Shown: one piece after another, positions 44,424-55,601 of the stretch
How positions within the stretch are numbered: position 1 is the stretch's first letter
Layout: the number at the start of each line of letters is the position of its first letter
Assembly (NCBI GenBank): GCA_002811645.1
Contig: PDIP01000113.1
Location: forward strand, 40,938 to 104,937
Length of the DNA: 64,000 nt
Reading direction: 5' to 3'
Source: Corallochytrium limacisporum Hawaii
Lineage: Eukaryota > Protista > Pluriformea
The notes under the pieces: model-generated
The model's input: only the letters and a program-made list of their open reading frames with translations
Told to the model about the DNA's origin: nothing
Databases searched by the model: none
Program-made: the position numbers and the translations under genes

Positions 44424-46973
44424 TCACAGCTGGCCACCATTGGCGAATTTGTTCAGCCAAGGCGCCCAGCTCAGATCATAGTCTCGAACGGCATCCCGTA
44501 CGATCACGGCCGTCAGCACAAATATGGTGTTTCGGGCCGGACTGAGCATCAGACTGTGCCACCCAAAGTTCTTGGACACAATCCGTACCAGTCCGTACTG
44601 ATACACGACTGTCAGGGCTAGCCACATGAACAGAGCCACTCGCAGCCACTTCGCAGAGCTGCGCCATGGCAGATCCCGCCACCTCCGGTGCCAAAATCGG
44701 ACCCAAGGCTGCCCCCCCTCCAACGATGACGATCTCTGCAGAAACAGCAGCACAAAGAGGGGCAGGTAGCCAAACGCTGTGTTCAGGGTGCCTTGCAAAT
44801 ACGTATCAAACGAAGGTACCCACGCAAAGGACAGATCCTCACTGAATGGCACCGCCCCAACCCAATCTCCGCGGGTGTTTAGCATAGCCTTGCGGTCCAC
44901 TGGATGTTGGCCCGGTGAATGGTCGTATACCGTCAGGTAACCACCTGGAAACACAGCGCCCGAGTGGTTACCGGAGAATTGGAACGGTGCAACCATCCAC
45001 GGGCCAGTCACGGCATTGATAGATATCCACACCAGAAGTACAGGCAAGAAACGGTTGATGCGGTCGTCCCACAGATTTGTTGAATGAGAATGATGTTTCT
45101 GGTTGGGAACATCACCATTGATGGCTATGTTGACCTCAGAATCAATCGAACGGGCCCATGGTGATCCATACATTACCAACCACAACATGGCACAGGGGAG
45201 CCACACACCATAGACCACAGACATGCTCCACAATGCCCGCAAGACTGGTCGTACTGCCGGAGAGAGAAAGAATTGGGCCAGGCCGTTGGTCGGTCCCGCC
45301 GCCAGATCTGATCCTCCCGGTCCTGTGCTCTGACACACTGTCTGTGTCTCCTTTCCATTGTCTACAGATAGCAACGCACAGACTCTGTCTGGGCGGGGCC
45401 ACGCACCGTTGATACCGACGTAGTCTTCGACGTAGCCTGCGTACTCGAGTTCGTGGTGATTCCCGGTGCAAAGCCAGACATTCTCCGTTGACTTACCGGT
45501 AAGCACTGCTGTGTACACTCCGCGAGACCTTGCCTCGGCCTCTGTGTGAGGTGCCCCCGTGCAGGCAAGAGTAAGAATGGCCCGGTCGCGTCCGAACGGA
45601 GCGTACGTATCAAATTCAGCCCACATCGATTCAATTACTAATGGTACTCGGAGATTCGGTAGAGATGGCCAAGCCAAGACGATCACCTCGACAATATCAC
45701 GTTTTGTGGACGACGGTGGCAGGGGAAGTAAGACTCCATTCCAACACTGCTCCGCCTTCTCTCCGGAAGGGCACAGGCACCACGCATGGTTGCGCACAGT
45801 AGGGTGGGTTCTTGTGGCCAGCTGCAAACGCTCCGTCAACGAAGGCAAGGTATCATGAGTAGGCGGTTTCAATAAAGAGTCTGCTGGATGCAACCGTAGA
45901 TCAGCGTACGCAGCCCGCCCATCGCTAGTAAGTGCAAGGATGCGGAATACTCGATTATCCTTCCAGTCCCCAAGCTCAATTTCGAGTACGCCCTGAGTCT
46001 TCGTGCTCCCCGACCGTTGTTCCGGTACTACATGCGCCCGTGTCATACCCCGAGGCAGCAGTTCCATCGCCGTGTGCAAGTGTCCGGAGAGGTACAGACG
46101 CACTCCAGCACACGCAAGAGTCTCCGGAATGGTTGTGGACTCATGGCAGAAGGCCTGGCCAACCATGGATGACCGCAATGTATCCATCGCTCTCTGTGAT
46201 GGCTGGACCGTTGACGTCGGATAGTGGGAAAACACCGCGACTGGTAAGGTTGGATTCTGGGCCATCGCCGACACGAGGCTCTGGGCATCGACTGGTGTCA
46301 AATGGCCCACAAAATTGAATGGTCGACGTGGTCCAGGCTCTGGTACAAGGTTTAGACCTTCCAGCAGCCATCCGCTTCTTGTGAGGTGCCTGTCGGATAC
46401 CGGATCGATTGACGAGCCGAATCCTTCGGTGATCACAGGATGCTCGTTCGGCCATTCATCTGCGATTGGTACATGTGGCACGTTAAAGACATCATGATTC
46501 CCTGGTAGGTCAAACCAGATAGTAGTGTTTCTGTACCGACCTGATATGTACTCTCTAAGATCGTGGTAGTCTCGCCATTCTTGTTCAGACTGTTCGGATC
46601 CCACTTTATCCGACGTCTTTGCATCTGTCAGATCCCCGGTGACCACAATGTATTCTGGTGCGAGTTCCGGAAGTACCCGATCTAATAGTCGTGCGAGGTC
46701 TACAGATTTGTCTCCCTGATCATGGGCACTGATGTGGATATCACTGACTTGCAGGACCAGAGACAGTGTACGTATGTTCTTCTCACCTATTGATGGCCAT
46801 AGTTGTTCCTCCAGGTGTCGAATTGAGAGCTCCGGAGCATGTGCCGGCCGATCATAAGTCAGTGTCACCCACAACAGAAATTGCACACTGAACAGGACAC
46901 TCAAGGCTAACCCACGCCAGAACAGAGGCGGCAGTATCCTGCTGGTCCTGTTTCTTGTCGATATCTTTCTCAT
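44424..46973 (-). CDS. TMEM62: TMEM62-like metallophosphoesterase membrane protein
   Basis: 849 aa with an N-terminal TM segment, LQVSDIHIS, VTGDLTDAK, DLPGNHDVF, PGPRRPFNFVG, HYP, YLSGHLH, ELGDWKDNRVFRILA and C-terminal TM segments. Confidence 0.88.
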   Translation of the reverse strand: MRKISTRNRTSRILPPLFWRGLALSVLFSVQFLLWVTLTYDRPAHAPELSIRHLEEQLWPSIGEKNIRTLSLVLQVSDIHISAHDQGDKSVDLARLLDRVLPELAPEYIVVTGDLTDAKTSDKVGSEQSEQEWRDYHDLREYISGRYRNTTIWFDLPGNHDVFNVPHVPIADEWPNEHPVITEGFGSSIDPVSDRHLTRSGWLLEGLNLVPEPGPRRPFNFVGHLTPVDAQSLVSAMAQNPTLPVAVFSHYPTSTVQPSQRAMDTLRSSMVGQAFCHESTTIPETLACAGVRLYLSGHLHTAMELLPRGMTRAHVVPEQRSGSTKTQGVLEIELGDWKDNRVFRILALTSDGRAAYADLRLHPADSLLKPPTHDTLPSLTERLQLATRTHPTVRNHAWCLCPSGEKAEQCWNGVLLPLPPSSTKRDIVEVIVLAWPSLPNLRVPLVIESMWAEFDTYAPFGRDRAILTLACTGAPHTEAEARSRGVYTAVLTGKSTENVWLCTGNHHELEYAGYVEDYVGINGAWPRPDRVCALLSVDNGKETQTVCQSTGPGGSDLAAGPTNGLAQFFLSPAVRPVLRALWSMSVVYGVWLPCAMLWLVMYGSPWARSIDSEVNIAINGDVPNQKHHSHSTNLWDDRINRFLPVLLVWISINAVTGPWMVAPFQFSGNHSGAVFPGGYLTVYDHSPGQHPVDRKAMLNTRGDWVGAVPFSEDLSFAWVPSFDTYLQGTLNTAFGYLPLFVLLFLQRSSSLEGGQPWVRFWHRRWRDLPWRSSAKWLRVALFMWLALTVVYQYGLVRIVSKNFGWHSLMLSPARNTIFVLTAVIVRDAVRDYDLSWAPWLNKFANGGQL

Positions 46974-47521
46974 TTCTGGAATAGAGTCATTAGCCGGAAC
47001 TCCATGGTTTCTTCATGCTACCACATGATTTGATTAAACCATGACGCATTCCCAACGTTCCATATGGTCCTATCACCATACACAAGTCGCAGCGGAATCA
47101 CCCCTAGCTTCTACACTTTGTCATCTCTGAAATAGGTCTCGTTCTCCTTCCCCTCAGTCGCACCACTAAGTGTAGGCACGGAATGTCGTATCCGACCCGC
47201 ACTTGCGGGGGGGCTGATGGCTCACCGTCACCGCGCTCTCTCGGCGAAGGGAGGGGACGGGGAGGCGGTGCCTGGCGAGCGGCGAGACTGACACTCGCCA
47301 CCGGTCCTCAGGAACGTCCGCCCGTGGTATTGAAATGCCTTTTCTCGTCTCAATTAAGCTGTCATGAATGGTACGTGTTAGGATCGTGATGTGATGCATA
47401 TATTTGACATCCATCCAATGTGTAAAAACGATTCCTTCAGGAAAATGCATACCACAAGGGGTGCATAGTACTGTATGCCGATAAGGCAGACTATTGACTA
47501 AGGCTCCCAAAACGTTAAGAC

Positions 47522-48373
47522 ATGAGTGAAAAAGGTTTTTCACCGGAGGTTGTGTGCTCGTCATATTCGAGCCAATCGTTATCGCCCGCCCCTGACGGAC
47601 TTTCGCATGGAGTGCAGCATGGAACAGATGCAAATCCCAAACGGTCACGAAGGACTGCAGAAGACTTCAGTCGCTCGCAGCGAGAGGATCCCGTTGTGGA
47701 CGGAGGGCGGGCACCCGCTATTGCCACTAACGACAGAGGCGAACAATTGGGGCTATCCCAGCCATCGACAGTACTGCCCCCGCGAATGACAGACATGCCC
47801 TCAGTGCAGCGTGTTAAAGAAATCTTCGTTGAGGTTCTGCGCATTAGGAGCCAGGAGCGGACAAAAGAGCGAAACGCCTGGGAGCGTGATCAGAAGCAGG
47901 AGTCCAAGACCACAGGATTGCGATCTGATGGCCGTGATAGAGACAAAACGGATAAACTTGACATAGCCTACGGCATGTATTTGGGCGAAGCAGAGCGTGA
48001 CGACATAATCGATTTTCTTCTGGATGAGAATGAACTCAGTGAAGTGGATATCTTTGACTCATTGACACCTGCACTGTTGCAGTTGCTTCTGGAGGACAAC
48101 GACTCTATCATTGGCACAAAACGAACTGCAGATGGAGGTGAAATGGCGATGTCAGCGAAGGTGGCCAGAGTGCAGGATTCGCACACAGCGAGCCATCCCA
48201 ATCCGTCCCCCAGGGGGAACATCAAAATAGAGCGCACCGCCATCACCGAGGAGGGCAGGCCAGCTCCTCGACTGACACTTGGACGTCGGGAGATTCTAAA
48301 AACTCTGCTGGCAGAGTTCATCTACCGTCTGGACTCCGATACATTGTGGGCCGTTCTGATCGGTGGAGAGTAA
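47522..48373 (+). CDS. Hypothetical protein
   Basis: 283-aa ATG-initiated ORF with protein-like composition, occupying the space between recognised genes; no family recognised. Confidence 0.65.
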   Translation: MSEKGFSPEVVCSSYSSQSLSPAPDGLSHGVQHGTDANPKRSRRTAEDFSRSQREDPVVDGGRAPAIATNDRGEQLGLSQPSTVLPPRMTDMPSVQRVKEIFVEVLRIRSQERTKERNAWERDQKQESKTTGLRSDGRDRDKTDKLDIAYGMYLGEAERDDIIDFLLDENELSEVDIFDSLTPALLQLLLEDNDSIIGTKRTADGGEMAMSAKVARVQDSHTASHPNPSPRGNIKIERTAITEEGRPAPRLTLGRREILKTLLAEFIYRLDSDTLWAVLIGGE

Positions 48374-48520
48374 AACGTGTGGCCAGAGTTGTCAAATGGT
48401 GAGTTCGCTCAATACATGTTAAGGTAAGTCTGTAAGTACATCATGAGCCACAATAGCTGAAACATACTACACAATGGTTTGCAAATGAGTTTTGTGTTTG
48501 CCGAGGTTTGCATTCTCTGT

Positions 48521-49504
48521 TCAGTGTACGGCGGTAGTGTCGTCACGTAGGGCCTCCGTCAGGTAGGCACCGACGGCTTCAGTTATGCCCGCAGAAGAAC
48601 CTTTCTCCGAAGTATATGTGTTCAGAATCTGTTCCTGTGCAAGTTCGGCCAACGATTCCGTTGTGGATGGGTCAACGTCCTGCTTCGCGTACTCTGATTT
48701 GGAAAGCAGCAGACCGCAGCACCGGTGCAGGGCGAACCAGCAGCGCACACTGGCACCATTCATCTTGCACGCCTGAGCCAGGTACTTTCTTGCCTTAAGC
48801 AAAGTCTCTACCTGGGTCGAGACTGATGCGCCGCTAGAACCGGGAGCACTCTGTTGCAGAGCAAGAGCGTACAATGCCTCCCCAAGGCCGATGTAGTTAT
48901 GGTAGTTGAAAGGCCTCAAGAGGATCAAGTCCTCGTATGCATGGCTGGCTTCTTCGTAAGCACCGCGCTCCATATAGAGATCTGCAAGCTTTTGCCACGC
49001 TTCAACATCTGTGATCCACGTTTCTAAGTACTTGTTTAGTCCAGAAATAGCCTCTGGATACTCATGGCGGGCTAGGGCGAGACTTACAAGACGTTTTTGC
49101 GCAATTTGATGATTCTTGTCCTCCTTGAGAATGTCCTTATAGACCTGCGCAGCTTCGTTCAATTTACCTTCGAATTCCTTAGACTGGCCCACCAACAGCT
49201 TAGCACGCATCGACTGAGGGAACTTCTGTCTGATCTTTCCTAGAAGATCTTGGGCCAGGGAACTGTCGCCGATCTCAAACGCCGCCTGGCACACCTGTTC
49301 GTAAATGTCCCATGTATCCACGGCCCGAGGTGACAATGCAGTTGAACTGAGCTTGCTGTTCCACAGCGCAATTACTTCTACAGGAGAGCGGATACCTGTC
49401 CGCCGAAGGTAAGCCAAGCGTTCCTTCACATCGCTCACGGAGGACTTGCTGGGCTCTGTGATGGGCGTTGATCCTTTGCCCGATTGTGCAACTTCGTCAT
49501 CCAT
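48521..49504 (-). CDS. EMC2: ER membrane protein complex subunit 2 (TPR protein)
   Basis: 327 aa with WDIYEQV..AA, KFPQSMR, LNKYLETWITDVEAWQKLADLY, YEDLILLRPFN and ARKY. Confidence 0.9.
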   Translation of the reverse strand: MDDEVAQSGKGSTPITEPSKSSVSDVKERLAYLRRTGIRSPVEVIALWNSKLSSTALSPRAVDTWDIYEQVCQAAFEIGDSSLAQDLLGKIRQKFPQSMRAKLLVGQSKEFEGKLNEAAQVYKDILKEDKNHQIAQKRLVSLALARHEYPEAISGLNKYLETWITDVEAWQKLADLYMERGAYEEASHAYEDLILLRPFNYHNYIGLGEALYALALQQSAPGSSGASVSTQVETLLKARKYLAQACKMNGASVRCWFALHRCCGLLLSKSEYAKQDVDPSTTESLAELAQEQILNTYTSEKGSSAGITEAVGAYLTEALRDDTTAVH

Positions 49505-50012
49505 GGTTAGTATTGTATATTAGACCCACATACTATTCAGTCATTTGTTGTCAGTACAGAAATATCTTATCAGAATAAAATACCTTTGTTAAGGATACGC
49601 AGAGATCACAGCGAAATAAAGACATCTTCATCCCTGAATTGCCGCTCCCGCCGACTAAACAACAATAAACAGCGGCAGTCCTCCCACCCCACCGGGGGCT
49701 TGGTGAGTACATAGCCGCCCCCCCTCCTCGGGAGGCCCGGGAGGGGAACGTTGGAAAGGAAAACAGCCAGCATTTTGAAAAGCCACATGAGCCCCCTACC
49801 CCCTTGCCCAGTTCAGAGGGCAAACCCCGGGCCATGGAGATCTGGGCCGATGCTTGCATACATTCGGTACTGAGCAGGGAGGCATTTCTGTGCACTGGCC
49901 ATGGAAAGGAAGAGGTACTGTTCAAACCATGGGAAACGCCAACTCATAGTTATAAATTTTCGCGTTTGTCTATTACTATTCTACAAGTATAACATAAAAT
50001 CAATCACTGCGC

Positions 50013-51920
50013 TTACACCTCAAACTGCGTGGCCACCTGCGACATGGAATTAAACAAGAGTCCCTCGCTCAGAGGCACAAATTGTTCAGTGATGACCTTG
50101 ATTGCTTCCTGGCTCACGATGCCACCTAGGAAAGCGGACAAGGTGTGCATCTCACAACCACCCCAGCGGCAGAATTCTTGATAGGCCTCATCGCCGAGGG
50201 AGATATTGCTGTTGCCGAGACCCAGTTTGTTGAGGACAGACACGGTGCATGCCTGGAGCATCTCAACATCACTGAGGTGTACATGGCTGTCGTCGACTTC
50301 GGCTTTGTCAGTAGTGTCGGATACCATCGCTTCATTGTCGGAAGTATTTGTACTGAGTGTAAAATCTCCGGGGTACCGCCCATACCGCCTCATGAACTCA
50401 TCACCAGCCCTCAGCAGAAGATACCAACGTGACTCTTCCTGCGCATCCTCTGCGAGTCCACTGAGCGCATTCTTCAGGCCCGCAGTACCGTCAATCTCAT
50501 CTGGTAGGTTAGCACATTGCACCATTGTGAGTTGCCGGGCGTTCTGACACATCGCACGCACATAGTTTGTGTCGATTGTCACATTGCTGAGGCCCGCCTC
50601 CTCTAGCGCCGCAACCGCACAACGCTTTACCATCTCAACATCTTCACTGGCACGCGTAGTAAACACTGCTTGCAGCTTTAGGAATGTGTTCGTGAGGGCT
50701 GTCATATCGGGAACCTTCCCTTCCAAGGGCAGGTAACGGCCCATGTTCCGCTCGACGTTCTTCATCTCTTCCGCTACATCTCCGCGGTCCTCAGCACATC
50801 GTTGGAGCACAAAATCACGTATGCCCCGGATGACTGCCCACCAAAGCACTTGGCGGCTGGCTAGTAGTTTGGGGCTCGGCGGGGTATTGCCGGTGGTACT
50901 ACTGCTACTCACAGTTTCACGGTTGGTGGCCACAAGGACAGCCAGTTTATCGGTCTCGGGAGCGTTAAGAATCTCCAAGGTTTTGCTTGAGATAGCATAG
51001 TCGTCGTATGCACGGCTGATTGACTTTAGAGCTTCATCAAAGTTGTCTTCTGCCAGAGGCACTCCGTCCTCATTTGTACGCCGCAGCGACTGCAATACTT
51101 CCTTGAATTCCTGCTTTTCTGATCGGGTTTTGGGCAACAGTGGAATGCCTCCCGTGACGTCCTCCATGGCCACATCACCTCCGTTTGATTGCCTCTGGCG
51201 CCGCCATACAGCAAGAGCATGCACAAGTAAGACCGCCCATGGAATATGTGCATGTTCATTTGCTGGCAGATTGTCCAACCCTTCCAGGGGATAATTGGAT
51301 TTAATGAAGTTCTGGAACTCAACAAAAGGCTCGTAGAGATGCAGATCTGCGCCAACGCTCTGTTCGTGAGCCTCAGTAATCCTTAGCTCGTTAACAACCA
51401 TCCGGTAGTAGCCGATAAAGCCATAGGAGCGAACGATCAGAAGTGGTATACTGTGGTCCCTACATAGTGTGCCCAGCTCCTTCAAGGCACAGTTCATTGA
51501 CATATTAGCGACAAGTATGATTGTAAACGTCTTGAAAAAGTCCGGTTTGTTCTTGATCATCGACTCCATACTGTCCTCAACGAATCCACCGTTTACTTCC
51601 GGGTTCAGTTCTTGTAAATACTCCGTGGTCACTGACGCCCGAGAATGACCTAGTCGCTCGGACGTAACAAAGAAATTTGTACCAATGTCACTTGGATCTA
51701 CCTTCTTGTCGTCTAAGATAGTGAATTTCGCAATGCCAGGGAGAACCAAGTTCTTCAATGTCTCGGTGCCTACTGCGCATGCATTGATCAGAAGTACACT
51801 GGCGTTAGACAACGCTTCCTGACCATGGTTACCCCAGATACGCAACTGACGGTCATAACGTGCATGCTTTGTGCTCTTCAATTGCTCTTCAGCCGTAACA
51901 GCTGACGCAGCTTCCGTCAT
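50013..51920 (-). CDS. NAE1: NEDD8-activating enzyme E1 regulatory subunit (APP-BP1/Ula1)
   Basis: 635 aa with RYDRQLRIWGNHGQEAL, GTETLKNLVLPGI, NFF, ELNPEV, SYGFIGY, HAHIPW, LPLEGKVPDMTA and EMHTLSAFLGGIVSQEAIKVITEQFVP. Confidence 0.95.
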   Translation of the reverse strand: MTEAASAVTAEEQLKSTKHARYDRQLRIWGNHGQEALSNASVLLINACAVGTETLKNLVLPGIAKFTILDDKKVDPSDIGTNFFVTSERLGHSRASVTTEYLQELNPEVNGGFVEDSMESMIKNKPDFFKTFTIILVANMSMNCALKELGTLCRDHSIPLLIVRSYGFIGYYRMVVNELRITEAHEQSVGADLHLYEPFVEFQNFIKSNYPLEGLDNLPANEHAHIPWAVLLVHALAVWRRQRQSNGGDVAMEDVTGGIPLLPKTRSEKQEFKEVLQSLRRTNEDGVPLAEDNFDEALKSISRAYDDYAISSKTLEILNAPETDKLAVLVATNRETVSSSSTTGNTPPSPKLLASRQVLWWAVIRGIRDFVLQRCAEDRGDVAEEMKNVERNMGRYLPLEGKVPDMTALTNTFLKLQAVFTTRASEDVEMVKRCAVAALEEAGLSNVTIDTNYVRAMCQNARQLTMVQCANLPDEIDGTAGLKNALSGLAEDAQEESRWYLLLRAGDEFMRRYGRYPGDFTLSTNTSDNEAMVSDTTDKAEVDDSHVHLSDVEMLQACTVSVLNKLGLGNSNISLGDEAYQEFCRWGGCEMHTLSAFLGGIVSQEAIKVITEQFVPLSEGLLFNSMSQVATQFEV

Positions 51921-52646
51921 GATCTGATTGCTTCTGATGAGGCTACGTGTCCTACTAAGTCATGTTCCAAAATGGCACTCACTCTCCCGAGCAGCCCAAA
52001 GACAAAATGATGTGTACGTCATTATGGTAGTGCGTATTTCTCGGAAATCTCTTGCAGCCATGGAATAGCTGGTGCACGTAATGCTCACATCAGCTGCCGT
52101 CCCAACGGCCTCTGTCCTCCCGGCCTGGTGCCTGTGTGACACCCTAGGACGACAAAACAGTGGCCGCTTCGACACGAAGATTCCTTGCGATCTCAGGAGT
52201 CCATTTTTCTTTAACGGGGGGATTCCATTAGATCCTCCGATATTGAACCAGGGCCCTTTTTTATTTTGGAGGAAATTACTGCACCCACGCATTTTGGCGC
52301 CCCTTCCCCATCTGCGGCACGGTCAGCATCTCCCACCCAGAAACTTACTCAATGGGGGCCTAACAGATCAGACGTGGAAGAAACTTCGGGACTGTGAAAA
52401 TTTAGTGTAGAGAGTTCCATTACGCTCTTGTCTTGGATCCTTTCTTGATTAAATGGTACTTATTGGATGTTATTGAAATTAGTCTTAATATTTATATATT
52501 ATAAGTGCAAGGTTTTGAATATACAAACCCGGGGTCCTGTTGAGATAGTCAAATTTGGGATCCTATGTACAAATATGTGATCGGACTGGTAAAGAGATAA
52601 CTTTGGGTGTAAGAACATATCAATTTCAAAAACAAATTGAGCCAAG

Positions 52647-53843
52647 ATGAGCGAGTCTTGGATGGCGGGCTATCCAAGCCTTGATCTCAACCAGAAGGAA
52701 AGCTTTCTTTCTCGCTTTGGCCTCTATCGCAACGATCGGGTCAGTACTTTGCTGGGTGGAAATGCCCATGTCACTGGTAGGGCACGAGTACAGCAACAGA
52801 CACAAGCTCTGGCAACAACCGACACTGATATTTTATTTGGTCAGCTGGGACAAGGCAGTCTTGCTGACATGGCCCTACCGGACACAGGCTCCATGGCAGG
52901 GATCGATCAACTGAGTACAACAATCCCGTCACTGGGCACATTCAACCCAATGTCCCTAGATCTTTCAACGCCGCATGCAAAGCGGCAGAAGACCGGAACC
53001 ACTCGAGCAGATGGACCCCCAAGTGCAGGTGTGGGAGGCATATCCTTTGCAGCTTCCCTAACAGCTGCAATGGGTCAGCCCTTGACTGGCGGTCTGTCAG
53101 GTGGTGCTGCTGGCGCACAACCTAACGCCGGTGGCACCAAGCCATCGCCTGCCCAACCACCCTTGAAAGTAGCCAATCCTCCACCGGCACCTGAGAACGC
53201 TGCTGAGGCCCAAAAACGGAACGCAGAGCGGCGGGATCTGTACAAGCGTCTAGCAGATCTGCCGGCGAATCAGTTGGCGGAATGCATTGCAGATTTCATG
53301 ACCAATGCCGGTACTGACATTACCAACCGTCTTATTGAGAGCCTACCCACTAGACCTGATGTAGGGTATTATCTTACTGGACTGACCTCTCTTCGCAACT
53401 CCATTGCAGAGGACGTCTCTGACCGTGCGAAGGATGATGCGGCGTACCAGAGTGTCAAGAAGGAGTTGGAAGCGTTCCGCAAGGAGTTGGTAGATACAGG
53501 CAAGCACTTCACTGACAACAAGCAGTTTGCGCAACTCCTGGAATATAGTATTGAGGCATGGCGCATTGCTATCTCATTGGATGACTTTGACAACCGCAGC
53601 CACAATGCGACAAAGGAGAACAGCTTAAAGCAACTGGGACTGTTCATCGAGAGGGCAGTGAAGGCCAAGATGAAGCCGCCGATGGCGCGCAGTCAACTGA
53701 CTGATGCTTTGACCCGGATTCAGAAGATTTTTAACAATTCTGGGCGCTTAGCCAAGCGATATCTCACTGGTGCGCGCCAGGAGCTAATGAAGCGCCTGGA
53801 CATTACCAACATAGCCGATTTGGAAGCTTTAAATACGTCATAA
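52647..53843 (+). CDS. Hypothetical protein (low-complexity N-half, helical C-half)
   Basis: 398-aa ATG-initiated ORF after an AT-rich upstream region; no family recognised. Confidence 0.75.
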   Translation: MSESWMAGYPSLDLNQKESFLSRFGLYRNDRVSTLLGGNAHVTGRARVQQQTQALATTDTDILFGQLGQGSLADMALPDTGSMAGIDQLSTTIPSLGTFNPMSLDLSTPHAKRQKTGTTRADGPPSAGVGGISFAASLTAAMGQPLTGGLSGGAAGAQPNAGGTKPSPAQPPLKVANPPPAPENAAEAQKRNAERRDLYKRLADLPANQLAECIADFMTNAGTDITNRLIESLPTRPDVGYYLTGLTSLRNSIAEDVSDRAKDDAAYQSVKKELEAFRKELVDTGKHFTDNKQFAQLLEYSIEAWRIAISLDDFDNRSHNATKENSLKQLGLFIERAVKAKMKPPMARSQLTDALTRIQKIFNNSGRLAKRYLTGARQELMKRLDITNIADLEALNTS

Positions 53844-53935
53844 ACTCCAACGCCCTCTTTAAGAAGAGTTGTCTATATGTGTAAACGTGTAATTCCAGAA
53901 GGTGTAGTGTAGCAATGACCTACGATGACATCTAT

Positions 53936-54403
53936 TTACAAGGCCTCGTCGTCTTCGGAACCCTCATCTGCTGCGGCCAGGTACGCCTCTTCATCGTCTT
54001 CCTCATCGAGACCTTCGTTTTCCTTCGCTGGGTCGTCCTTCATTTCTACAGAGTCATCTGCTGCTCCAATGGGCACCGCCTGTCGCTCAATTATAGCAGT
54101 CATTTGTCTATCCAACATATCTGACACATATTTGATGGCATCTAGGGTCTGATCCAATGAAGCACAGTTGATTTCCTTCTCAAAGGTCCTAATGGGGTGG
54201 ATACCCAGCACCTGGTTGTCAAATGGATCGAACTCAGGAGAGTCGTCTCCTTCCTTATTTGTTTTTGACCGCCTTCGCTTCTTTACTTTCTGGCGCTCTT
54301 CATTACTCACTTTTGTGACATCTATTGCTTCCAAGAACTTCCCTGACACGCAACCTTCCCTGTAGTCCGGGACTTCCTCTTGGACTTGTTTCTTGCGAGG
54401 CAT
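53936..54403 (-). CDS. Hypothetical small protein with a basic NLS-like stretch and acidic tail
   Basis: First ATG at 54403 (MPRKKQVQEEV..., 155 aa), with KVKKRRR and a D/E-rich C-terminus. Confidence 0.65.
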   Translation of the reverse strand: MPRKKQVQEEVPDYREGCVSGKFLEAIDVTKVSNEERQKVKKRRRSKTNKEGDDSPEFDPFDNQVLGIHPIRTFEKEINCASLDQTLDAIKYVSDMLDRQMTAIIERQAVPIGAADDSVEMKDDPAKENEGLDEEDDEEAYLAAADEGSEDDEAL

Positions 54404-54864
54404 GGCGTATGGCTTGATATTATTGCACCATTGTGGACTCCGACTGGCTATTGAGAACAATGCACAGAGCTGACTGTAACAACAAGGCACAATAACTGGA
54501 TCGCCAGATGACAGGTTGTGGTTTGAAATACCATGTGTAAATCCACACACACACAGGGGTCACAACCAAGAGTATCCGTCTCTCGTCCGCGGGAACCCCA
54601 TACCCAGCCACGCAGCTGGTGATACACTGGACTGTGCCCGCCATTGCAAAGCTCTACTGGCTTTTTCGCCCGAAGGGGCGGGTGGCGGAATTAATCGGCC
54701 CCGGATTACATAACACCTGAAGTTATATATTAATTATTCACCTATTGTTGTGATGGTACATTTACTATGTAACCCATCATTCCAAGTCTTCTCTCACATC
54801 TCAACTTTTTTTGCAACCCTTTCTTTTTCGTCTTCACCTTTTCTCCGTACATTTCGTATGAGAA

Positions 54865-55140
54865 ACTGTGAGCGGACCCTCGTAATCTTCCGACTGGACA
54901 GCCGTCCGCAGTAAGGTCACTGAGGACTGGTCGGCGCCCTTGCGTAGGCAGGGCCTTTGTGGTAAGTTCGCCAGTTCCCCACCACTGCCTCTCGGGGCAG
55001 GAAGGGAAGCCCCCCGGGGCTCCTAAGGACTCGGGGACCACGTCAGGCTGGAAACAGAGCAGCGTTCTTTAACCGTAGCGCAGTGTATCGGTACTGGGAT
55101 AGCGGCGTTCATGGATGAGCAAGGTTCGAACCACGGAAAA
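54865..55140 (+). ncRNA. SRP RNA: Signal recognition particle (7SL) RNA; ends approximate
   Basis: Helix-8 signature ACG-TCAGG-CTG-GAAA-CAG-AGCAG-CGT at 55040-55065. It is preceded by TAAGTTCG and CCTAAGGA and followed by ATCGGTACTGGGATAGCG, in the same order as metazoan 7SL. TGGTCGG..CCTTGC pairs with GCAAGG.TCGA.CCA (helix 5). Confidence 0.75.
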
Positions 55141-55601
55141 GAAAAGTGCGATAATACAAAGTTTCTTTGTGGGGGGGGGAGCCCAAGGAATTTGGTGGTC
55201 ACTCAAAGAGAGAGCCTCGAAAAGGCTTTCGATGGTGTGCTTAAGATTCTTTTCCTTTTTTTTTTTTTTTTTCCCTCTCTGTTTCTTCTCGCCGGATGTA
55301 GCGGGTTTGGGGTAGCGTCCTGGAGAGCAATCTGGGGATTTGCGGAAAGGACATGGTCCATTCGTCGCACTGTCATCAACAAGGAATGCTGGATGCCATT
55401 CGAAAGAGGTTACATGTCATCATGTCATCGTCAATTCAATTATGTCTTAGGGTGTCCTATTGTTTTTTTCTGTGAAGTTACTGATCTTTTACTGCCATAT
55501 GTTTCAAAATGTGATGTTTTAAGCAAACTGCGTTTCGACTGCACTGGTATCGTTTCACAGCAGGGCACATGTTGTTTCACTTGTGCTCTGCTCCACAGTG
55601 T

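Noticed and set aside
47120-47330. RNase P/MRP RNA on the minus strand (GGACGTTCCTGAG ... ACCTATTTCAGAG)
   Set aside because: P4 pairing is poor and the spacing is too short; kept only as a generic structured candidate.
55070-55136. tRNA-like A-box and B-box (TAGCGCAGTG...GGTTCGAACC)
   Set aside because: No acceptor, D or T stems form; better explained as the 3' part of the SRP RNA.
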